DNA from: an uncultured Thermoleophilia bacterium | GTDB lineage: Bacteria > Actinomycetota > Thermoleophilia > UBA2241 | DNA length: 64,000 nt | Direction of reading: 5' to 3' | Assembly (NCBI GenBank): GCA_963709845.1 | Contig: CAVPXV010000006.1 | Location: 229,837 to 293,836, forward strand | Program-made: the position numbers and the translations under genes | Notes under the pieces: model-generated | Databases searched by the model: none | Seen by the model: the letters and a program-made list of their open reading frames with translations, nothing else | Told to the model about the DNA's origin: nothing | Part shown: one piece after another, positions 56,836-64,000 of the stretch | Position numbering within the stretch: the first letter of the stretch is position 1 | Layout: the number at the start of each line of letters is the position of its first letter

Positions 56836-57672
56836 ATGGCCGACCACCGTCACCACATCTCCATCGGCCGGTTCGCAGGGCTGACCGGCATCTCGGCGAA
56901 CACGCTGCGCCGCTACGACGAGATCGGGCTGCTGTCGCCGGCGTTCACCGACGAGTCCAGCGGCTACCGCCTGTACGCCATCGAGCAGCTCGACGTGGGC
57001 GTCACGATCAGGCTGCTGCGCGACCTCGACGTGCCGCTGAACGAGGTGCGGGACCTCGTCGCCGCCGGCGGCGCGCCCGAGGTGGAGGCGGTCCTCACGC
57101 ATCACCGCGAGCGCATCGTCGAGCGGCATGCGGATCTCGAACGCATCCTCGCGCGCATCGATGCGGCGCTCGACGAGGAACGCGGCCTGCTGCCCTACGA
57201 GGTGGAGACCGTGGCCCTGCAGGCGGCATGGGTCGTGAGCCGCCGAGCCACGACGACGCGCCCGCACCTCGACGAGACCATCGACCGCTGCCTGGCCGAA
57301 CTGGAAGGCGAGCTCGCGGCGGCTGGGGCCCACGCCCTCGGCCGCGAGCTCGTGCTCTACCACAACGCCCTGCAGTGGTACCAGGGACTCGACATGGAGG
57401 TCTGCCTTCGCGTCGAGGCGGCCGTGGCAGAGGCTCACGGCGGCCGCCGGCTGCCCGCCGGCGCCGCCATGCACACGGTGTACCGCGGGCCGTGGGACGA
57501 CATCTGGCAGGCATATGCGGCGATGCTCGCGCAGATCGCGCGCCGGGGGTACGAGGTGTGCGGCCCGGTGTGCGAGTTCTACCTCGTCGACGAACGCGAC
57601 ACCGCGGACCCGCAGCGCTACGTCACCGAGATCACGTGGCCGGTGCAGCCGCGGGAGACGCACGCCTCATGA
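56836..57672 (+). CDS. MerR-family transcriptional regulator with GyrI-like effector-binding domain
   Basis: ISIGRFAGLTGISANTLRRYDEIGLL HTH, coiled linker, C-terminal GyrI-like (YRGPWDDIWQAYAAM...FYLVDERD). Confidence 0.85.
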   Translation: MADHRHHISIGRFAGLTGISANTLRRYDEIGLLSPAFTDESSGYRLYAIEQLDVGVTIRLLRDLDVPLNEVRDLVAAGGAPEVEAVLTHHRERIVERHADLERILARIDAALDEERGLLPYEVETVALQAAWVVSRRATTTRPHLDETIDRCLAELEGELAAAGAHALGRELVLYHNALQWYQGLDMEVCLRVEAAVAEAHGGRRLPAGAAMHTVYRGPWDDIWQAYAAMLAQIARRGYEVCGPVCEFYLVDERDTADPQRYVTEITWPVQPRETHAS

Positions 57673-57760
57673 AGGCCCCCGGGCGCTCTTGACCTTGGCG
57701 CAGGGCGAAGGTTCAGTCTGTGGGGCAGACAGCCCGGCGGCACGCGTGGAGAGGGGTCTC

Positions 57761-59174
57761 ATGCCCGACGACCTGCACTACCTGCCGGCGAACGAGGCGC
57801 TCGCCCTGTTCCGCGCCCGCGAGCTCTCGCCCGTCGAACTCATGCAGGCGACGATCGCCAGGATCGAGGCGGTCGACGGCGCGGTGAACGCGCTGCCGAT
57901 CCGCTTCTTCGACGAGGCCCTGGAGGGGGCGCGACGGGCCGAGGCGCGGTACTCCGGCCGGGGGCCGCGGCCGCGCCCCCTGGAGGGCCTCCCCGTCGCC
58001 GTCAAGGACGAAGTCGAGGTCGCGGGCCAGCCCTGCACCGAGGGCTCGCTGATCCTCAAGGACAACGTCGCCGAGCACACGGCGGCGTGCATCCAGCGCA
58101 TCATCGACGCCGGCGGCATCATCCACGCGCGCTCGGCGACGCCCGAGTTCTGCTGCGCGGCCATCACCGACTCGCGCATCTGGGGCGTCACCCGCAACCC
58201 GTGGAACCTCGAGTACAGCCCGGGCGGCTCTTCCGGCGGCTCGGGCGCCGCCCTTGCCGCCGGGATGGCGAGCCTCGCCACCGGCTCCGACATCGGTGGC
58301 TCCATCCGCATCCCGGCGTCGTTCAGCGGCGTCGTCGGGTTCAAGCCGCCCTACGGGCGCGTGCCCCAGGACCCGCCCTTCAACCTCGACCACTACTGCC
58401 ACGACGGCCCCATGGCCCGCTCGGTCGAGGACTGCCGCCTGCTCGAGAACGTCATGGCCGGGCCGCACCGGGACGACATCGTCTCGCTGCGCCCCAAGCT
58501 CACCGTCCCGTCGCGGCTCCCGGGCGTCGAAGGCTGGAAGATCGCGCTCAACCTCGACCTCGGCGGCTTCGAGGTCAGCGCGGAGGTGCGCGCGAACGCG
58601 GCTGAGGCGGCCCGCCTGCTTCAGTTCTCTGGGCGCGGACGTAGAGCAGGTCGGCCTGGAGTTGGACATGGACGGGGTGCGGGAGGCGTCCCGCGCCCAC
58701 TTCGGCACGATCTTCGGCAGCCTCATCAGCCAGTCGCTGCCCGAGTACCGCGAGCTGATGACGCCGTACGCGATCGAGTTCGCCGAGGACGCGGGCCGGC
58801 CCAACGTGGGCTACTACCGCGCCCTCGAGATCGAGAGCGAGGTCTACGCCAGGGTCGCCGCCATCCTTGAGGACCACCGCGTGCTGATCGCGCCGACCTT
58901 CGGCATCCCGGCCCTCAAGGCCGGCCTCGGCGACTACGACCTCGAGGTCATGTACCGCCACGGCATGACCCTGATCTTCAACATATGCAGCCGCTGCCCG
59001 GTGCTCGTCGTGCCCTGCGGGCGCTCGCGCGACGGCGTGCCGCTCGGCGTGCAGATCATCGGCCGCACCTACGACGACGTCAGCGTCTTCCGCGCCGGAG
59101 CGGCCCTGGCCGCGGCGGCGCCCTGGTTCCACACGCCCGCACAGCGCCCAGCACTCGAAAGGAGTCTCGCATGA
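57761..59174 (+). pseudogene. amidase-signature (AS) family amidase, frame break at about 58622
   Basis: GLPVAVKDE, GGSSGGSGAALAAGMASLATGSDIGGSIRIPA (ORF 57515..58870). C-terminal third SLGADVEQVGLELD...PVLVVPCGRSRDGVPLGVQIIG in ORF 58254..59174. Confidence 0.8.
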
Positions 59175-61001
59175 GCCTCAGCCCACGCTTCAGGCGTCTC
59201 CTCCTGCCCGCTCTTGCGGCCGCCGTGCTGGCCGCCGTGCTCGCCTTCGGCGCGGCGGCGGCCCTCGCCGCCAGCCCTACGCCTTCGGCTTCGGCCAAGC
59301 CGATCACCCTCCGCATCGGCTGGACGACGGAGCCAGACAACCTGAACCCCTTCATCGGCTGGCAGAACCCTACCTACGAGATCTGGTCGATCAACTACGA
59401 CTTCCTCTTCGGCTACGGCCTCAATGCCGGCGAGGCGACCCTCGACCTCGCGCGCGAGTTCCCGACGCAGCAGAACGGCGGCATCTCCCCCGACGGCAAG
59501 GTGTGGACGATCAAGCTGCGCACCGGCGTGAAGTGGTCGGACGGACAGCCCATGACGGCCAGCGACGTCGCCTTCACCTACAACTACATCGTCAAGAACC
59601 AGATGCTGAACATGGCGATCGCGACGGTAGGCATCACCGGCGCCAAGGCCCTCGCCCCGGACGTCGTGCAGATCACGTGCTCACAGCCCAAAGCCGACAT
59701 GGAGCACATCTTCCTGCCGATCCTGCCCGAGCACATCTGGGCCAAAGTCGACCCCAAGGCGGCTCAGTCCAGCTACGTCAACAAGCCGCCGATCGTCGGC
59801 ACCGGCCCCTTCATCACCACCGAGTTCAAGAAGGGCGGCTACATCAAGATGGACCGCAACCCGTACTACTGGGGCAAGCGGCCGACCGTCGACGAGATCC
59901 TCTTCCTCACCTACACCAACGCCGACTCCATGACCGTGGACCTGAAGTCGGGCAACATCGACGCGGCCTGGGGCATCCCCGAGGCTCAGTTCGGCTCGCT
60001 CAGCTCGGTCGCGGGGCTCAAACCGGTGGCCTACAACTTCTTCAACTGGGACTACCTCGACCTGAACTGCTACCAGGGCAAGTCCCTCGGCAACCCGGTG
60101 CTCAAGGACTGGCACTTCCGCAACGCCCTGAACTACGCGATCGACCGGCAGTCCCTGTGCACCATCGCCTACGACGGCAAGGCCGCGCCGGGCACCACCA
60201 TCCTGCCGCCCGCACACGTGGAAGGACCCCGACTATCACTGGCAGCCGCCGGCGGGTCAGCTCTACACCTTCGACCTAGCCAAGGCCAACCAGCTCCTCG
60301 ACCAGGCCGGGTACCCGCGCGGGACCGGCGGGATCCGCCAGTACAAGGGCAAGCCCATCAGCCTGCGTCTGTGGACGACCACCGAGTCGCCGCAGACGCA
60401 GACGGTGATCAAGCTCATCGACGGCTGGTTCAAGAAGATCGGCATCAAGACGGTCCTCTCGGTGATCGACGCGGGGGCGCTCCAGGCGCGCGTCTGGAAC
60501 TACCAGGGCAACACCTACCTCCCCGACTTCGACATGTACGTCTGGGACTGGGCCGGCTACGGCGACCCGGGCCAGACGCTCTCCGCCGAGACCGGAGCCC
60601 AGATCGGCAACACCAACGAGCCCGCGTGGGCCAACGCCCAGTACGACAAGCTCAACCAGCAGCAAGCGGCCACGCTCGACCCCAACGCGCGCAAGGATCT
60701 CATCTGGAAGATGCAGCAGATCATGTACGAGCAGACGCCCTGGGTGGTGATCACCTACCCGCAGTACCTTCAGGCCTACAACACGGCCAAGTGGACGGGC
60801 TGGACACAGATGAACGACGGCAAGGGGCCGGCGTTCTTCACCACGGGAAGCGTGCAGTCGTACCTCGACCTGCAGCCGACGGCGGTGCAGGCCGCGAGCG
60901 GCGGCAGCGGAATCTGGATCGCCGTGGCGGCGGCCGTGGTGATCGCGCTCGTCCTGATCGTCTGGCTCGTGCGGCGGCGTCCCCGGGCGGAAGAGGGGTA
61001 G
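59171..61001 (+). pseudogene. ABC transporter substrate-binding protein, family 5 (peptide/nickel type) with C-terminal TM helix, frame break at about 60215
   Basis: Signal MSLSPRFRRLLLPALAAAVLA..., TLRIGWTTEPDNLNPF, GTGPFITTEFKKGGYIKMDRNPYYWG (ORF 58985..61066). Continues TWKDPDYHWQPPAGQLYTFDLAKANQLLDQAGY...VIKLIDGWFKKIG in the frame of ORF 60405..61001. ATG overlaps amidase stop (ATGA). Confidence 0.8.
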
Positions 61002-61049
61002 CCGAGGTCCTGCCCCGAGCCGCTCCCCCGCGAGGGGGCGTCTCACCGG

Positions 61050-61298
61050 TCAGCGGGAGCGGATGAAGACCTCGATGTCCTCCCGCCGGTAGAGCCTGCG
61101 GCGCTCGGCCCCGGCCACCGGCACCGGCTGGACGCAGTTCGCGGCCGCCCAGCGCCGGAAGGTCGGGCGGCTGACGCCGCACCTGGTGGCGGCGACCTCT
61201 TCGCTGAGGAGGGCGGGTTCCGGGTCTGGTGTCCTGGTCTGGCTCAAAGGGGCCTCCTGAGGCATGGCGTGTCGCAGCCATACCGTCGAGTCACTCAT
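61050..61298 (-). CDS. excisionase-type helix-turn-helix DNA-binding protein
   Basis: 82 aa; LLSEEVAATRCGVSRPTFRRWAAANCVQPVPVAGAERRRLYRREDIEVFI. Confidence 0.55.
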   Translation of the reverse strand: MSDSTVWLRHAMPQEAPLSQTRTPDPEPALLSEEVAATRCGVSRPTFRRWAAANCVQPVPVAGAERRRLYRREDIEVFIRSR

Positions 61299-61420
61299 GG
61301 GGATGAAGCGGGAGCGCGGCGTGCTTGCCCCAGAGACACTACCCCGTGCCGGAGGAGATGACCACCCGGCGTCGCCCCCCGCTGCGCGCCGGGCGGCGCC
61401 GCTGCTATAGTCGGCTGCGC

Positions 61421-62332
61421 ATGAGCGCCGCGATCCGCACCGAGCAGCTGACCAAGAGCTACGGCAAGAGCCGCGGCATCGTGACCCTCGACCTCGAGGT
61501 GCGGCCGGGCGAGGCCTTCGGCTTCCTCGGCCCCAACGGGGCCGGCAAGACGACCACGATCCGCGTGCTGCTCGACCTCATCCGGCCGACCTCGGGCCGC
61601 GCCCTGGTGCTCGGCCGCGACAGCCGCCGCGAGAGCCTCGAGATCCGCGCGCGCTGCGGCTACCTGCCCGGGGAGCTGAGCCTCTACCCGCGACTCACCG
61701 GGCGCGAGACGCTGCGCTACTTCGCCAACCTGCGCGGCGGCGTCGACTGGGAGTACGTGAGCCAGCTCGGCGAGCGGCTCGACTGCGACCTGAGCCGCCG
61801 CGTGGCCGACCTGTCGAGCGGGAACAAACGCAAGCTCGGTCTCATCCAGGCGTTCATGCACCGCCCGGAGCTGCTCATCCTGGACGAGCCGACGTCGGGA
61901 CTGGACCCGCTCGTGCAGCACGAGTTCTACCATCTCATCGACGAGGCCCGTGAAGCCGGGCAGACAGTGTTCCTCTCATCCCACGTGCTTCCCGAGGTGC
62001 AGCGCGTCTGCGACCGCGTGGCCTTCATCCGCGAAGGGGAGCTCGTGGCCCTCGAGGACGTCTCCGAACTCACCGGGAGGGCGGTGCGTGAGATCGAGGT
62101 CGTGTTCTCCGAGGAGGTGCCCGCCGCACGCTTCGAAGGCGTGCCCGGCGTCACGCAGGTCGCGGTGAACGGCAAGGGCGCGACGACGCTGCGGCTCACG
62201 GTCACGGGGCCCCTCGACGCGGCGATCAAGAAGCTGGCCGAGTTCGCGGTGCTCGACGTCACTATCCGCGAGCCCGACCTCGAGGACGTCTTCCTCACCT
62301 TCTACGCGCAAGGCGGCGGGCATGCTCCGTGA
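61421..62332 (+). CDS. ABC transporter ATP-binding protein (ABC-2 exporter type)
   Basis: Frame of ORF 61325..62332, ATG 61421; GPNGAGKTT, LSSGNKRKLGL, LILDEPTSGLD. Confidence 0.85.
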   Translation: MSAAIRTEQLTKSYGKSRGIVTLDLEVRPGEAFGFLGPNGAGKTTTIRVLLDLIRPTSGRALVLGRDSRRESLEIRARCGYLPGELSLYPRLTGRETLRYFANLRGGVDWEYVSQLGERLDCDLSRRVADLSSGNKRKLGLIQAFMHRPELLILDEPTSGLDPLVQHEFYHLIDEAREAGQTVFLSSHVLPEVQRVCDRVAFIREGELVALEDVSELTGRAVREIEVVFSEEVPAARFEGVPGVTQVAVNGKGATTLRLTVTGPLDAAIKKLAEFAVLDVTIREPDLEDVFLTFYAQGGGHAP

Positions 62333-63125
62333 CGCCTTCCTCAAGAGTCTGCGCGACCAGTCCCGCACCCTGGCGATGTGGGTGGTCGGTGTCGCGTTCT
62401 ACGTGGTACTGCTGATGTCGGTGTACCCGAGCATCCGCCACAGCGCCGGACAGCTGCAGGGCTACATCAAGAGCCTGCCGCTGGCCTTCCGCACCGCCTT
62501 CCTCGGCCCCAACGGCGATTTCAGCTCGCCGGTGGGCTACGTGAACACGGAGCTGCTCTCGTGGCTGGCGCCGGTCGTGCTCATCGCCTTCGCCGTGTCG
62601 AGCGCCGCCCGCGCCCTGGCCGGCGAGGAGGAGGACGGCACCCTGAGCCTCCTGCTGGCGCATCCCGTCGGCCGCCGCCGCCTGGCGCTGCAGAAGTACG
62701 GGGCGACGCTGGTCGCGGTCGCCGTCCTCGGGTTGGCGTTCTGGCTGTCGCTGCTCGTGGCGACAGCGATCGCCGGCACGCCGGTCGGCGCCGGCAAGTT
62801 GGCGCAGGCGATGCTGCGCCTGACGCTGCTGGGCCTCGCGGCCGGCAGCGTCACCTTCGCCGTCAGCAGCGCGACGGGGCGCCGGCAGACCGGCATCGCC
62901 GCGGGCGCCGGCGTCGCCGTGGCCATGTACCTGCTGAACACGCTGGCCGTGATGAACTCCGCGATCCGGCCGTTCCGCTTCCTGTCGCTGTTCCATTACT
63001 CGGGCGGCGCCTCGCCGCTCGGGCAGGGGCTCGGCGCGCCGGACCTGGCGGTCCTTCTCGGCACCTCGGCGGTCCTGCTCGTGGCGGCGGTCGCGCTGTT
63101 CGAGCGGCGCGACGTGCGCGTCTAG
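62322..63125 (+). CDS. ABC-2 type transporter permease
   Basis: 267 aa, 6 TM, overlaps the ATPase gene by 11 nt. Confidence 0.7.
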   Translation: MLRDAFLKSLRDQSRTLAMWVVGVAFYVVLLMSVYPSIRHSAGQLQGYIKSLPLAFRTAFLGPNGDFSSPVGYVNTELLSWLAPVVLIAFAVSSAARALAGEEEDGTLSLLLAHPVGRRRLALQKYGATLVAVAVLGLAFWLSLLVATAIAGTPVGAGKLAQAMLRLTLLGLAAGSVTFAVSSATGRRQTGIAAGAGVAVAMYLLNTLAVMNSAIRPFRFLSLFHYSGGASPLGQGLGAPDLAVLLGTSAVLLVAAVALFERRDVRV

Positions 63126-63203
63126 GCGGCAGCGGCTCCGCCGCGGCCGCGGTGACGAAGCAGGGCTCGCGACCTCGGGTGCGAACCTCGAGCCCCGACG
63201 CTC

Positions 63204-63575
63204 CTAGCCCTGGCGAATGCCGAGCGTGTTCCCGTCCGGGTCGTGGAACCAGGCGCCGCGTGCGGGTCCGATGCGCGCGATGTGGCCGGTCGTTTTCAGC
63301 GGTCCTTCGGTGTAGTCGATGAACGCGACGCCCTTGGCCTCGAGGTCCGCGACGGCGGCCTCGACGTCGGTCACCTCGAAGTGGGCGAGCGTGTGCTCGG
63401 TGACGGTGGGCGGGCGCTGGAAGACGGAGAGCTCGCTGACCGCTCCACAGCGGAAGCGGGCGCTGGCGGGGTTCTCCCACAGGAGGTCCAGCCCCAGCGT
63501 CTCGCCGTAGAAGGCCTTGGCACGTTCCAGGTCGGTGACGGGGATCGTCGCCACCACCATCGTCGCGCTGAGCAT
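63204..63575 (-). CDS. VOC (glyoxalase/bleomycin resistance) family protein
   Basis: Last 123 codons of ORF 63204..63893 (MLSATMVVATIPVTDLERAKAFYGETLGLDLL...AWFHDPDGNTLGI). Confidence 0.75.
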   Translation of the reverse strand: MLSATMVVATIPVTDLERAKAFYGETLGLDLLWENPASARFRCGAVSELSVFQRPPTVTEHTLAHFEVTDVEAAVADLEAKGVAFIDYTEGPLKTTGHIARIGPARGAWFHDPDGNTLGIRQG

Positions 63576-63759
63576 CGCGGACCTCCCGGTCGCAGTATCA
63601 ATCTGCCACCAGGTACGTATCCGGCGGCGGGAAGCGCCACGCCGTTGCGCTCGGCTCGCGGCGCCAAACGGTGGCATCGTTTTGCCGCCAAATCGCGAGG
63701 GAATCCAGCGCTCACATACGGTCCACCGGGACGATCGGGCCCGAGAGGAGAGGATGGTC

Positions 63760-64000
63760 ATGAGGACGCCCCGTGCGCTGGTCTGGAGAAAACGGAATCG
63801 GCAGCGTGCCGAGGAAGAGGAGTCACTCCGACGCCTGTGGGGCGTGGCGGAGTGCGGGGGATGCGGGGCGACGATCGTCCTCGGCGAGCACACGAGTGGC
63901 GGACACCACGGAGAGACGTGTGCGACCTGCCAGGCGCTGCCGTCGGCGGTCGTCGCACCCGCCGCGCTGCGCCTCGAGAGCCTGGGTCTCCACTCGATCT
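63760..64000 (+). CDS. hypothetical zinc-ribbon-like protein, 3' end outside window
   Basis: GAGAGGAGAGGA then ATG (63754 or 63760); MRTPRALVWRKRNRQRAEEEESLRRLWGVAECGGCGATIVLGEH...ETCATCQAL; open to the window edge, so absent from the ORF track. Confidence 0.35.
   Translation, partial: MRTPRALVWRKRNRQRAEEEESLRRLWGVAECGGCGATIVLGEHTSGGHHGETCATCQALPSAVVAPAALRLESLGLHSI

Overview
64-kb, very GC-rich (about 70% by eye) chromosomal segment with Actinomycetota-type gene content (UPF0182, SepF, TatA, RNase PH, FtsEX, SmpB/RNase R). I can support about 62 protein-coding loci and one tRNA-Arg(CCG). I see no rRNA, CRISPR, transposase or integrase. Layout: (1) 0-9 kb holds metal homeostasis and housekeeping genes (CBS protein, NRAMP, CDF, rdgB, rph, queT, murI, EamA, ADH, SDR). 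(2) 9.0-20.5 kb is an accessory-looking block of ion/efflux and redox genes. It is bounded on the right by tRNA-Arg and on the left by a decayed copy of that tRNA plus its flank. It contains a 233-bp near-identical direct repeat that duplicates a 66-aa membrane-protein gene. (3) 20.6-27.5 kb is conserved core (PCD, smpB, rnr, S41 protease, M23 peptidase, ftsX, ftsE). (4) 28-33.8 kb holds a glycosyltransferase-like membrane protein, an amino-acid ABC system, an MBL hydrolase and a nitroreductase. (5) 34-40.6 kb is the most unusual locus. A 675-aa Fic-wHTH protein is fused to a Pol-beta-type nucleotidyltransferase-like module, which has a free-standing paralog 3.6 kb away. It is co-oriented with a GrdB-like gene carrying an in-frame TGA at a U/CxxC position followed by a SECIS-like hairpin. 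(6) 40.7-64 kb holds tatA, UPF0182, GalT-like, GAF-GGDEF, a sigma/anti-sigma fusion, a B12-radical SAM gene with a translationally coupled 26-codon upstream ORF, MFS, DedA, rmuC, sepF, MerR, amidase, SBP, ABC-2 exporter and VOC. Caveat that dominates interpretation: 16 loci carry frame breaks or premature stops (about 23 lesions). Thirteen of these sit in 13.9-24.6 kb and hit housekeeping genes (smpB, rnr). Assembly indels versus genuine decay must be resolved first. All family calls come from motif recognition in the supplied translations. No database search was run. Frame-break positions are +/-10 nt.
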